Assembly: GCF_037042905.1 (NCBI RefSeq) | Contig: NC_087251.1 | Coordinates: 18,602,001 to 18,666,000, forward strand | Length of the DNA: 64,000 nucleotides | Source of the DNA: Lytechinus pictus | Lineage: Eukaryota | Reading direction: 5' to 3' | Shown here: positions 39,064 through 53,123 of the stretch, piece by piece | How positions within the stretch are numbered: the first letter of the stretch is position 1 | How the letters are laid out: every line of letters begins with the position of its first letter | The notes under the pieces: generated by a model | What the model was told of the DNA's origin: nothing | The model's input: the letters and a program-made list of their open reading frames with translations, nothing else | The model's database searches: none | Position numbers and translations under genes: made by a program

Positions 39064-39831
39064 TCAGACACATAAGCTGACCCTATTTATCTCCATGGTC
39101 TAATATCATCTTTAGACCTGTGTAGTATTACAACATGTATGAGTCTACGTATCCTTACATCCACTGGTATTGAACGTTGATTTTTTTTTCAGCTTTGATC
39201 AATTTGAAACTACCATTGCATGCAAGGTACATTGTACACATCTTAAAATCTCTAATTCTTTCAAACTAACAAACATGTACAATACATGTACATGTATGTA
39301 TGACCTACATGGCATTCTGATGTGATGGCTGAACTGATCCTGAGTTTGTAAGATTAAAGAAAAATCAGTAGGCCTAATATTTAACTAAACAGCTTTCCTT
39401 TCTGCAGTATGATAATTAAACTGGACAGCTTTCCAAACTACATTGTTAATTATCTCCATGTACTGTACTGTACTTTTTATGTATATGATAATTCCCAGAA
39501 TTTATTACCCACATACTTTTTTCCCAACTAGAACTAAACCTTAGGTGCGACATTATATGTGTGAATGAAAATATTAAAGAGTGAACTAATATTGTTTAGG
39601 GATTAATTTCACCTTTTCCGTGAAGTGTTTATTACTTTGATTCTGAAATTGAATTTGTGTGATACCAGAAAGAAAGGCCTAGTTTTTTAGGGTAAGGCCA
39701 ATTTTACAAGGCACATTTCTATAATGGATAATGGGCATTAGGGCCAATTAAAAGGGCATCCATTCCACAGCCATGGATTTTAAATTGGCTAGTTCAAGCT
39801 CCGGAAATGATAAAGAGGCATTATGATTTAA

Positions 39832-40426
39832 AGGTCAAGTCCACCCCAGAAAAATGTTGATTTGAACACATATAGAAAAATCAAACTAGAATAATGCTGA
39901 AAATTTCATCAAAATCGGATGTTAAATAAGAAAGTTATGACATTTTAAAGTTTTCACAAAACAGTAATATGCACAACCGGGTGACATGCAAATGAGATGG
40001 TCGATGATATCCCTCACTCACTATTTCTTTTGTTTTCTATTGTTTGAATTATGAAATATTTCATTTTTTACAGATTTGACAATAAGGACCAACTTGACTG
40101 AATCATATGATATTTAACAATGCTAAGTCCACATGTTCATGGAGGAATTAATCGTTGTTTTACTGGACAATGAGGAGAAAATTAGAATATTTCATATTTC
40201 ATATATAATGAAATACAAAAGAAATAGTGAGTGGATGATGTCATTAGTCCCCTCATTTGCATAATGACCAGGATGTGCATATGACTGTTTTGTGAAATTA
40301 AGCGAAACTTAAAAATGTCATAACTTTCTTATTTTACATCTGATTTTGATGAAATTTTCAGTGTTATGCTTGTTGGATTTTTCTCTTTTTATTCAAATAA
40401 ATTTTTTGTTGGGGTGGACTTGTCCT
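39832..40426. mobile_element. Palindromic TTAA MITE, family B
   Basis: TTAA|AGGTCAAGTCCACCCC...GGGGTGGACTTGTCCT|TTAT. Confidence 0.9.
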
Positions 40427-41060
40427 TTATTAGTAGTCTTTGGAATAGGATCTAGTTTAATATTCTGTTGAGTCCAGTACAGACTTCAAAACTTGAAACC
40501 ACTTCCTTGTTCAAAGCAGAATTTACTTCACATCTACTGGTTTGCATTGTAACAGGAAGTTAATAATATAAATAGCAGACATCAATGGGAATTTGGAATC
40601 TTCATTCTATTTGGAATCTTTATTCTTCTGTAAATTCACAGTCAGTAATTTGTCAACTGTCAGATGTACAGTAGCCTCTGATAGGTACAGTTGCCTCTCA
40701 CACACAGGTATAAGGCTATGCACTTGCACAGTGAAAACATGGAGGTACATTGTACAGTGTGGTTTCTCCATGGTCAAAACATGTATTTGTACTCAATAAG
40801 GGTCATAACTTCTTTTATTACTAGTAATTATTTTGTAGTTAATTTGCTTGGATTGGTTATAGCTAAAGGAAAATTGGCGTGAAGTTGATTTAAAGTAAAT
40901 AGTTATAAATCCATGCCAATTCTGAGCCATGTTTGCTTTAAAAAAAAAAATCCCTTTAATTTATACATACATGTAATAGGCGAATAGGCATATGTTAAAT
41001 GTTTATGTAAAATCTAATAATATATCTTATCAATATCCTACGTCTTTTTACATTGTACTT

Positions 41061-41262
41061 GGAGCATTGTGGCCCAGTGGATCAGTCTCTAGGCTTTGTA
41101 ACAATAAAGATTGTGGGTTCGAATCTCACCCATTGCATGTTTTCCTGATCAGCCTGAAATTTATCTACACTGTGCTGCACACGACCCAGGTAAGGTGAAA
41201 AGGTACCAGGCAGAATTAACCCCATGAATGCACAGCATTGGAAACGGCAGCTCGAGCACTAA
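41061..41262 (+). mobile_element. tRNA-derived SINE, degenerate
   Basis: tggcccagtgg / ggttcgaatc boxes; body similar to the 30917 copy. Confidence 0.75.
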
Positions 41263-41345
41263 CAATCATGTGCTGGCACAGGTTAAACCGTTAAAGATAT
41301 TTGTTCTAGATGTCACTGTATGAATGTCTAGTAGTAGTAGTAGTA

Positions 41346-44300
41346 CGCACTTCAGTCTCGTAACATTTCTCGTTGACCGCGATCGCTCTCCACGCACAGT
41401 CAATGGGAGCCCATGGACTTTGTACACACTCACGAGCGGTCTGCTTTTGGCACGCATTTTGTGAATGAACTGAGAAAGACGTACTTGTGACGCGTTGTTT
41501 TCAAAGGCTCAGGGCATCGTTCTGATTGGTCAACCTCATAATTATTAAGGAACTGATAAATAAACATGAAAATTAACATACCCCCAAAATAGCCATGTCC
41601 GTCACTGTCTTAGAAGTGCAATGGTTGTTGAGAGAATATCTTCTTCTGGCACCCCCGGAAGGCGTCAATGGAATTCGCTATTTTTTGGTATGTAGCATCA
41701 TCATGATTATTTCTTGCTATTTATGAAGTTTCTCGATTTTTTGTTGAAAAATGGCCATTCCTTGCTCGGCAGAGTAACATGATGTCCCAGTCATTTTTTT
41801 AACGCTTTCTTACTCGGTCCGAGCGAGCAGAGGCAGAACCCCCAGTCGATAATGACGTCATCATCATATTCCGAGTGGATTTGTCCACTGATCAAGAGGG
41901 GTGGAAAATTGGAGGGTCACGATTTTTACGTAATTATCTTTATCTAACACGTTTGAAAATTATTGAAAAATAGTCTTATACGATGTCACAGAATTATAAG
42001 ATCGATAAAGAGTTCAAATGATCATTAAAATCATCTATTGAAAATTAATACCACTGTTGGAATACTTTGTTCCCTATGACGAATGGTATCGTGCCACAGC
42101 GAGATTTCATAATACACCCCTTGAATCATGCTCAATTCTTTTGCGATTAAACAAGATCAACCGTCTTTAATCAATAAAATTGTCATCTTCGACACTTAAC
42201 CAAGTGTATAACTATTTCAATAACACTGATCTGCATATAAACTACAGGAAAATGTAAGTGTGACCCTCTAGATCTACCTAAAAAAAACTTACGAATATTT
42301 CATTTCATAATGTCGTCCGGAACGAACATACCATATTTTTACAACACGAAAATCTACGAGTGGGGCTGTACTAGACATCTTCGGAAGAGTACAGAGTCTT
42401 GTCAATAAAAGTGAGAATTTATCAATTATTTTCTTTTTTGTGGAATTCATCGGCTCCTTAAAGGCTATGATATGAAAAGTTTTTAAGGAAAATTGCATTA
42501 TTAGACTTACATGGCCTAGTTGGGTCAGGGAAAAGGGGGGGGGGGACAAATTCAAACATGAGAATAATCATAACAATGTCGATCAATCATTCAATGAATG
42601 TCTTTGAAAATGAAATAAAGTAATTCCAAGGTTATCAAACTTCCCTTTATATCAACTGAATATTGATATGGGCAATTCCACAGGTTGGTGGACATGAGCT
42701 TAAAAATTTTCTTGAATTTCTTAATACTTTAAGTCCTTCATGCATGATAGTTTCAGGAACAAGAAATAAAAAGTTTATTTTCATATGTATACTTAGGAAA
42801 AAAATGGTCAAAAGTTGTGTCTTCCATTCTGTACCAAAATACAAGAAAATAAGTGAAAAATGAAATATGCCTTATTACCATTTTGTTATTGCAACAACAT
42901 ACCACTTTATATATTTCTGAAGTTTAGAAGAGTCAAATTACCTAAAATACACAACAGCTTTTCAAGTCAACTTGTAGTACTCATTCAAAAATGAATATTG
43001 CAACCTGCTCAGGTGATGTAACGTGAGTAACCGAAAAAACTGACTTTGTTTTCTGAGAGAAAAATTCTTCACAGTTAATTGGTGGGATTTTAAATTCTCT
43101 TCCTTCAAACAATCTTTGACACAGTGATGACTATCAAAATCATTAAAAAGTACAATTTTTTATAAAAATGATGAAGAAAAACTGTAACGTGAGTAACTTT
43201 GTAACGTGAGTAACCATCATGTAATGTAAGTAACCAGTAAAAATTATGCAGTTAGATAACATTTTCTGTGGGATGTCAAGTTTTAAGTCTCATGGTGAGT
43301 TGTGAAGTTATTTTTGATTAATTAAAAGCAAAATGAGGGTACACCTCTTTGATGTGACTCTTTGTTCATCAAAATATCAGTGGTCATACAATCACACAAA
43401 AAATTAAATATTAGTAGAAGTATTCACAATGCGAGAGTGCATAAGTAAGACTTGGTTTCGATTAACCAAACTTTAAAGAGTGTTCGAACAACACATTGAA
43501 TGTCCTTACCTGTAACCCTATCTAGGCTGGGGTATTTTGGGAGTTAATATGGCCCGGGGGGGGGGGGGGGTGGGTGGGGCCTTCCAGGCCCCCCTTGAGA
43601 TCTCGGCCGCACGATCACGCCAAAAATTTGCACGAAGGTTGTCTTGGACATAATCTACAATACTATACAGTAATTTATTTCATGCAAATTGGTATTAAGC
43701 AATTATGCTAATTTATACATAATTAGTAAGCAAAATCATACTTTTCCCTTTTCCTCCCTAATAAAGCTCCAATTGTTCCAATTTTTTGTATAAAATCTCT
43801 TTTTTATGTTCCTAGCATTGAATTTTACACACATTATTGAATTTTTAATGACATTTGTGTTGTTAACCATACATGGACAAAATGTAACGTGAGTAACCTT
43901 AACGTGAGTAACCATATTATCTGCACCCCAAGTAAAAACCATGTGTTCTTTATTTTTTTAATTATGTACAAAGTTTGTCTCCCTAATATACTTCTTTGAA
44001 ATAGATATAATCAACTTTCATAAAAGCCTTGTATGAGGAGACTTTTCACTTATGTCGACTTTTCATTTTATGCATGTCCAAATCATGTAACGTGAGTAAC
44101 CGACACATTCCAAAGATTTGCCAGGAGCATAATAAAATTTCCCAAGTTTTGTTTTTATACAAAAGATAGTCAGACTGTGTACTTTGTTGTGATAAGGAGA
44201 TGTTTAGTTCCTATCAATAATAATGGAGTTACAGCTCCAAGTATGAGTCAAGGTGTCTCCAAATGTAACGTGAGTAACCGTGGAATAGCCCATATTAAAT

Positions 44301-45216
44301 AGGGAAAGAAAGTTGGAAACTACATTGACAGCAACTATATATATGATTTCATATTTCATAAATCAAGTTCCAGGTCATAACCGTAACGCATGTGAATTTT
44401 CCACCCCAAAAAATGGTTAAAAATTCATGTGCTTTCTATTACTGCTAAATGACATAATAAAGTTCAATCTGCATTAAAATTACGGTATATTTGACAAATG
44501 TGATGAAATTATGATTTCATATTTCATAATCAAGTTCAAGGTTATAACGTGAATTTCCCACTAATGCCAATGGTTAAAAAATATATGTGCTTACTAATAA
44601 ATGACATAATAAAGCTCAATCTGCATTAAAATTCCTGTTGAACTGACTCTAGAGGGAAAATGTGAAAAAAATTATGATTTCATATGTCAAGTTCAAGGTA
44701 ATAACACTTCTGATATTCCAGATGGTGGTCAAAGAATATATTTTCATACTTTTGAATAGCATTACACAGCTTATTCAACTAAACATTTCCACTTTAATTG
44801 ACCAGAAAGGCAAAAATATTGAAAAATATGCAAAAATTATGATTTAATATTTCATAAATTGATTATTAATGACCTTAACCATGCAAAAAAATACATCAAG
44901 GCAAAATATAATATCTCTACTAACATCCTGCCAAGTTTCATAGCTGTAATGCAAAAAACATGGGAATAACACAAGTTTGAAAATAATATGTCAGGTTTTT
45001 CATGGTGCCATTCTCACAACAGAGTAAAACAAAAGAATGACCTTTGACCTTTGGTCAAATATTATGTCCAATTGCTGGAACATAATTGGGCATAACTAAT
45101 GACTCATTTGGTCAATTTTCAAAATTCAAAGTGTTCTGAGATCTGGAAGAGTTCCTCTTTCCAGTGGTATCAATTGCAAAGTTATTATGATAAGTTCTAA
45201 AATCATCTGAAATGCC
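41346..45216. mobile_element. ~3.9-kb element with short TIRs and TA TSD, inserted in (TAG)n
   Basis: (TAG)5 TA|CGCACTTCAG...CTGAAATGCC|TA G(TAG)n; ~165-bp subterminal repeats at 44343, 44511, 44674, 44839. Confidence 0.65.
42670..44291 (+). mobile_element. Sola-like non-autonomous element, 4-bp ATAT TSD
   Basis: ATAT|GGGCAATTCCACAG...CCGTGGAATAGCCC|ATAT; taacgtgagtaac motif repeated about 7 times. Confidence 0.85.
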
Positions 45217-45256
45217 TAGTAGTAGTAGTAGTCGTAGAAGTATTACTACAGTGTAT

Positions 45257-45307
<51 letters not shown>

Positions 45308-45390
45308 ATGTAGTCGTACATTTATTATAATAGTTGTAGTAGTAGTAGTAGTAGTACAATTACTATTATTATTATTATCATAATTACTAT
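45217..45390. repeat. (TAG)n / (TAT)n microsatellite
   Basis: Direct observation. Confidence 0.95.
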
Positions 45391-45719
45391 GTGATGTTGT
45401 AATCCCATTTGAAGAAGAAGTGGAGAAGGTGGGCCTCCAGTTTCAAAGATCTTGGGTCAATGTTCAGACCCTGATGGGACATGTGTATTTGCTTGCCTAC
45501 TCACAAGCACAGGCTACATTGCTTCACTCGGACCGCAGTCTACATTCATGAACACCATGTACTCATTCTTGGCACACAGTCTGCCTGCATCCTAACAACA
45601 ACAAAGGCCTCAGGGTTGAGGATATCGGTTTACGCTCTGCTTACATGAATTTCATGTTCATGTGTGCAGCCAGCAATCCAAGGATACATTCAGGTCTGGG
45701 TGGGTCTTCATTAGCCCTA

Positions 45720-46148
45720 GACCCCGTTCTCAATACGCTTTATAAAACTAGTTTACTGGAAACTGGTTCAGGAAACTAGTTAAGAAGATCGCTTTGCTAG
45801 CATTCCCATTTGATCACCCGAAAGTGGTTTTCAAAATCACTTCACATAAAGCAATCTTGTTCCTACGGGAATGCTCTTAGTAGATGACACATTTTGTGCG
45901 AAATTCGAAACCGCATTGTACTGTAGGCATTCTACACAAAGTGTGTAGAAATGTGCGAAGATCGCTTCCTGAAGAGCGGTTTTGTCCTCACTTATGCTAA
46001 AAACCAGTGTAACAAGGCAAAGCGATCTTGAAAACTACATTGCGAGGTGGTTTTATGAACTGGTTTGGAAGATCGCTTCGACCGTTCTCATTACATGTCA
46101 AACTAGTTCCCACTAAACTAGTTTTAGGAAGGTAGTGAGAACGGTGTC
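45720..46148. mobile_element. MITE, 3-bp CTA TSD (Harbinger-like)
   Basis: CTA|GACCCCGTTCTCA...TGAGAACGGTGTC|CTA; subterminal aaactagttt repeats. Confidence 0.85.
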
Positions 46149-48449
46149 CTAGTTTTTATTTCTTGAGATTCTAGCATCATCAGCCCTTGAGATTAATCAT
46201 GAGATGGTAAGAAATCTTATCCCTCTGGCTCTCAGCCTGATTAGATGATTCTTGCTAGAACACAGGTCTGACCGTACATGTAGGCTACATGTACATACTG
46301 TATTGCCTATTGGAGCTTGCTCACTTAGGGGCTCCATATCTCCATTTACAGTTCTTTTATTGTGAATGAATCAGGGCCTACCTGTACATGTACAGGAACA
46401 TGTATGTTAGTGCTGAATCTACCATGTCGTCCTGGAAAAAGTCTTAATAAATAAATTTAACAAGTAATTTATCCTGAGCCAAAGCTTGGGTGTCTTTACC
46501 TGAGCTATTAGCTAAATTATTTACCAAAGCACAGGCTACATACTAAAAATGCCTTTGATGTCTCACGATCAAGACAGGAGTTGTTCGATCTGGTCAAGAT
46601 GATACTCATGGAATAGCATGTAATCCCATTGAAAATGGTTGCAAAGTTGTTCTTATTGGGATAGATGTATGGTTTGCTTAATGAGAAATAGGACATGAGA
46701 TAATTTGGGAACTCTAAGATGTAGAAAGGCCGATGTAGAAGGACTGACTGTAACAGCAGAAGCTTGTTGTATCATGGACATGTCCCAGGATGATGTAAAG
46801 TTGTAAACACAAATGGATGTCAATTGTCAGATTGTACATTTGTACAGCACAACACAATACAGTGAAGTTCTACTGTTCTTGGATGTGGAAAACTGGAAAG
46901 TAATCTATCGGTTGCTCCATCAATAGTTTTTAAATGATTTTGCCTTCAGATTACTAATATGCCACAGACTTTTAATACATGTAGGGAATCTCTTTGATTT
47001 TATTATTGCTAATCTTAAAAGTATGATCAAATTTGCTTTTGTTGTCCCCTAATGCACCAAGATTATAAGTCGACCCTTTATGTATGTAATGTAGCCAATG
47101 CCCAAGTCAAAGCAAGTTTTTTAGGCCAGATTATGGAAAACATGATAACAAAGTCAAAGTCTCCTATAAAGTCGAATGGTCTTCTGTGGTCCCAAAATAT
47201 TTGACTCAGGCGAAGTTACCTCTTGTTCTCATCAGCTATTGAATTTCTTTCGTAGAAGAACATATTTCATTTATAACAAGATGATTGTCTGATATACTTT
47301 TAATTAAAGCACACTCAAATAAGCCTTCATGTATATTTTACTTTTCCCTCTTTTTATGTGCCCATATGAAAGCACATCTTGGTTGATAGTACATAACATA
47401 CAGCGTATAATGATGATTATCAAAACTTGAAAGTTTATTAAAAGCACATGTCAAATATTTTTGTATCTATTTCTAGGACATATAGTCCCAATAAATACAA
47501 GAGTGGAACGTCTGGAAAGTTGTACATGTTGTAGACGGCATCCTGAAAGGAAGTGCTTTTGAAGGAAACTTGTCCTGCAAGCCATGAGCTGGCGCTCGAT
47601 CTGCTCAAGTTATTATCCGGCAGGCTTTCAAATTAGAGACGACTGCAAGGAATGGAGAATGTGATGAGTTAGACAGTTCTTTCATTTCATCATTATGCCT
47701 GTATTGCATTATAGTTTAATATATGCCGCAGAGCTTATGTACGTAGGTGTGTAAAGCTAATGGCAAATCAATACTTTAAGTGCCTTAAAGGTTCTGTACA
47801 GATATATATTGATCAAGCAAGTGAGTTGAAAATATAATTGTCCAACAGAAATATAAGCCTGCTTTATGGCTGTTGTTCCATTTAAGATTCTTGCTGAGAT
47901 AACTTCTTTACAAACTATAATCAGTATTCTGACTTTGTAAAGTCTGGTCATTATTTACAACGTCCTTTTTTATTCAGCAATCCATATTTTCACTTTGTAA
48001 AAAATTGTCTAAATAGTAATCTTTAGAATGTGTATACCAAACTTCCAAAATTTTGGGTGGAAATGTGCTTCATTACCAGTTTCCCCGGATCCAGCTCAAA
48101 TAGGGAGTTCATCTGGTGCCACTTTAACATCAAATTCTAGTAGTTGTCAATTTTAGGGATTAAGTGACTAAAATTATAATACTTCTGAACTTGTTACTTA
48201 CTATATTAAAAAATTTGATGGCAACATGATTAGTTAATTAGTGTACTAGGATTGAGGTCCACAAAAACGGAGGATTTCATTACCTGCAGAGTGAGATCTG
48301 CGACTTATAAATTGTGGCAAACACAAAGCGACTCAGTTGTGATTTGTTTGGGTACTTCAACCCTGGATTTAACACTATACTCTATCCTAAATCTAACCCT
48401 ATATCTTAGACGAAATAAAGCCTGGAGCAAATGTTGTGTCATCCTGAAA

Positions 48450-48808
48450 ATAATAATAATAATGATAATAATCTGCTTTTATATAGCGCTTAATACATCG
48501 GAACGATGTCTCTAAGCGCTTACAGATATATTATTACCCCGGTCATCGGATCCTGGCATGCCCACATACAATGTATGCTACTTCTCCACTCCCTGGGGAG
48601 CATTTCAACAAGAGTTCAAGACTCAATTGCTAGGCATACTACATAGGCTTTCGCATCCTACCGGGTACCCACTTAACAAACACCCGGGTGGAGAGTGGCA
48701 AATTGTGGATTCACGCCTTGCCAAAGGACGCTAGGCCATGGTGGGATTCGAACACACAACCCTCTGATTACAAGGCGAGAGTCGGAACTGCCACACCATG
48801 ACACTTCC
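48450..48808 (-). mobile_element. tRNA-derived SINE
   Basis: Minus-strand B box gttcgaatcc, tgggtacccgg core, (tta)n tail. Confidence 0.85.
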
Positions 48809-49707
48809 ATGTAATGGGCGTCACAGCTCAGCACACAATGCAGATTCCACACACTTTCTACCAGCGTACTTTTTTATGTTGTTTAAGGAACTCAAATCGT
48901 AATGATAAACATGACTTCTTGAGAGACCCCCATTTTGGATTCGTGTTCGTTAAATTCTAGACATTGATGTCCCTCAAACATAGGGTTTAAGTCCTGCTTG
49001 TGCAACCAAAATGAGATCTTCCCAGGAAAACAAATGAAGCCAATACTGCGAATGCAAAGAGTTGAAGAGTTATTTTAGTTCTTTAAGTCTAATGCATTGA
49101 GAAAAACAATTCATTACAACCTGTATTTTGTATCATGTTTTTGCAATTGTCAGAGCTGGCAAATTCAATTTCATAGTTATTAATATTTTGTTATTGAGCC
49201 CATTACCTGATTGAAAACAGCTTTATGTTCATATCATTGTTCTGAACTTGAAACTTTTGCCTGGTGGATCTCGGGTATGCCTGTAGCCCTCTGCCTCATT
49301 TCCGCTTCCCACACTATTTAGCTTGTCTTCCCCTTTTCTGCGAAGAATAAGAAGAAGTGAGGGAATCTGCTAGGAAATTGTCAGCAACAAGGGGGCAAGT
49401 TTGTAAGTAATCACTTCCTCTATGCCCCCCTGCTCTACGAATAAGCATAGGCCCCTCTGTTTTCCTTTGGTAATAATCAGAGCATGCTTGGCACTGTATT
49501 CCACCTGTGAAAATTTCTATCGGACTATTTTTACTGAACGACGTGAAAGGCTTTCATCACGTGCAGGAAAGTGGGTAGAACTGTATGTTTGCTATTTGTA
49601 GTGAACCCGATTTACAGCTGCCAAGTTTATATTTAAAATCACAAAGTTGTGGTTTCAGTTTATAGCATCTGTTTTGGGGGTATTTTGGGGAGCCTTTATC
49701 CTGCAAA

Positions 49708-50276
49708 ATGTCTGGTTGGACTGCAGAAATAACCATTTCACTGCAATTTGGCGGAATGCGAGAGGGAGTGCTACGGTCTGGACCAGCTCTGGAGATGATT
49801 GAAGGAGGAGGAGGAGATGGTGCTAGTAGCATCGGGGAGAGTAGTTCAGGGGTGAGCTGTGGCAGCTCAGACTTTCTAAATAACTCTGCTGCAGGATCAC
49901 ATGAATGTGAAGGACATCACCAATTTCCCTCAAGGTTTGAGGCTGGTGCCCAGACATCAACACCTCCATCATCATCACCGTCATCCAGGATTGGCTTCCC
50001 TTGTGAGCATCATCAAGGAAACCAAAGGCATATGAACCCTCGGGTTGCACAAGTGCCGCTTCCGGCTAACAGGGCTGCATATGACCAGGAATGGTACAAT
50101 AAAAGGCGCGGAATAGCGTTGCTTTCTCAACAAGATTCACCACAAACACAAGAGCAGGAATGGTATAATAAAAGACATGGAATAGCTTTACCTAAGCAAG
50201 ATTTACCACAGACCCAAGACAGCTGGCAACAGATTGCTAAGGAACTGAGAAACAGGGAAGTGAAGGAACCAGTCAG
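49708..50276 (+). CDS. Coding exon of the unidentified plus-strand gene (low-complexity N-terminal region, 189 codons + 2 nt)
   Basis: Longest ORF in the window, GC-richer, protein-like composition; ends at CAG|gtgaat in phase 2; start could be 49708 or a downstream ATG. Confidence 0.75.
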
Positions 50277-52697
50277 GTGAATGTCTTATTTTTTTTTTAT
50301 TTGAGCATCATAATTGTTTTGGATTGGAATAAACATATGAAATCAGCCACAGAAATCAAAAGGGATTAGGCCAATAGATTAATACCCTGTTTGTCTTAAT
50401 CAGTTTGCTGTCTGCATGTGAGTCATGAAATACACCTGTGCATGAAATACTGGTATTCCATAAAAATAAACATGTCTGTTTTTTCTAAAATTAAGTTAAA
50501 ATTTCATTGGCAGTAGACCTTGCACTTTGCAGAGAATGTAAATCCTGGAAGTAAAACTGTTCAGGCTCTCACTTCTGAATCAGTGGGTGTTGAGTAAAAA
50601 CTTGAATTCCACTCCTTGACATTAATTTTCTCTAGTGGCAGTTGATCCATATTATGCTGTATTAGACCCTGGTAGCATTAAAATAAGTAGGCCTGCTTGA
50701 ATTACTGCTGTGGCAATATCCAGATGCCTCTGAAAGCGCATTAAAAGATCTCATAGTGGATGACATTGTGTTATGTTTTATCTTGTACCATTTTTTTAAG
50801 GTACCTCTCTCTGCTAACAAACCCTTATTCTTTATCTGCTTACATGTATATGATGGAACATCTGAGGTGTATCTTTTCAATTAAGTAAAATTCTGTGAAT
50901 TTTAAAAATCATATACATGCATGTATAAAAATTTTCGTCCACAGTGTATGTTTTCTAAATTCTATCTGAAATTTAAAAACAAAATATAATTCCATCATGC
51001 CCTTGATATGTATTTTGTAATATTGTAAATTGGCAAGTACATTGGTGTAAAAGAGTGTTAATGAGAATTACAATTCTGTTTGTTTTATGATTGCAAATCA
51101 TTGAGGTCCGTCCATACGCCAGGTCGTGTTACCACTACATAGGGTAAACTTCCATCTGAAATTGACCAAGACTTGTGGTATGCTTTTGGTTCCTGTTTTT
51201 CACATCAGTTATCGACTGCCCTCTAACTAGATCTGCCTGTTGACTATGGCTTCTGTGGTTATGAATGGAGAACGTTGTTTTGCTTTTCTGTTTTTCCTCT
51301 CTCTTGCTTCCCTGATTGGGCGAAGTATATTTTGGCATGTGTCCGGTTGGTATACACCTCCCCGCCCCCAAAAGATGAAATATGAGGTTCAGCTGGATCA
51401 ATGTATCAATGCAAAGGAAATGATAAGTTTTGTATGGGCCGATATTTTGGCTGTGGTATGCCTTTTGTGTTCCTGAGGGACTTGTCTGTTGTATTTTTGC
51501 ATCAAGAGTTCCTCAATAACTACTGCTTCAAAATTTTGTTTATTTGTGAAGATGCTGTGTGTTTAGATTGAATATCAATCCTCTGGAGCTTGTGTGTTTG
51601 CACCAATTTAGGTTGGTAATAACATAGTTTGATCTGTATATGCAGTCTTTCTGGAAATATCAACTGGATTTGCTGCCAAGACGCACAGATAAAGCCTGTA
51701 ACATTTGAGGTATTTATGAGTGACTTGTACGCTAACCACAGCCAATACATACATAATTAGTTGTCTGTTTAATTCAAATCACGTTTTCGATTGGTATACA
51801 TCGCTTTGCTACTATCAGGAAGGAGTCTCCCTGTGCCCATGGATCTGAGATAAAGAGTGTATTTATTTTTTGTGAATGCAGAATCAGTGATTTGAATGCT
51901 CATTTGAAACACATTTACATGCAGTACTGTAAATACTTCTTTTTTCTTTAAAATCAAAGTTAATTCTTACCATATAATCATTTATTCAGATGTATTTTTA
52001 AGTGTGCATAAGCTGGACTTTGTAAAACAATAAAATCTTTGCTGAAAAGCCTTCCCTACCCCCAAAACACAAAATAAAAACAACAACAACACACAAAACA
52101 GTCACTGGATATCGTCAACAGAGGTTTCAATTCAAGTCCATATAGAAAATTTGTTTTGGGATTTACATAACTGATTATTAAAGACATACATGATTATCAA
52201 AGATCATGATAACATTTGAAAACACATGAATGAAAGACATTTAAAGTGGAGATGGTAATTATACAATAAGATAAGCACACATGGGGTGCATTTATTATTA
52301 TCATTGCCTTGGAAAATACCCTTCTGTACTGTATGAAGAAATAGGCCTACATGTACCACACTTTTAATAATAATTTACTTATTTCTCAGCATTTATACAT
52401 TTTCTAGCAGAATCATGTGGTATATTAATCTCAATACTTGGATGGTCACTCATTTTTATGGATTCTGTTCTAGCTCATATCATGTCCTTTTCTCCCAGAA
52501 TTTTGCTATAATTTAGGATTTGGCTCCTCACTGACATGAATGTGTAAAAGAATTGAAAAATGAAAGGTTCCATGATTTTATTTTTGAAGAAAAAGTGTGC
52601 TTTTAGTGTAACATCATCACCCCTTTCATCTTTTTTTTTTTTTTGCATATGATTATACACAAAAAAGCTGAATTTATATACATGTACATGTATACCA

Positions 52698-53021
52698 TTA
52701 TAATAATAATAATAATAATAATAGTAATATGGTCCATTTATATAGCGCAGCTACTACTATTGCATACACTCAACTGTGCTTTATACTTGGTATCATATTA
52801 TTACCCCGGCTGTAGCTGAGCTGCCAAATAGGCGCTACATGTAAAAGCATTCAAGGAATGAATCCTACTGGGTACCCATTCACCTCAACTGGGTCGAGTG
52901 CAGCACAATGTGGGTAAATTTCTTGCTGAAGGAAAACATGCCATGGCTGGGATTCGAACCCACCTCCCTCTGATTGAAAGACGAGAGTCGTTACCAGTAA
53001 CCACTAGTCCACGACGCCTCC
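52698..53021 (-). mobile_element. tRNA-derived SINE
   Basis: Minus-strand ggttcgaatcccagccatggc, aatgggtacc core, (tta)n tail. Confidence 0.88.
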
Positions 53022-53123
53022 ACACCATTATTATGCTCATTTTCTTTTACCCTTGACAAACCTTTTACTTATTCGTAATAAATAATGTATTCTATGTATT
53101 GAAATGAATTTATCTCAGAGTAG

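Noticed and set aside
50101..50121. KRRGIAL as a PKA pseudosubstrate site
   Set aside because: The consensus needs R-R-x-A/G-hydrophobic; here the P-site residue is Ile
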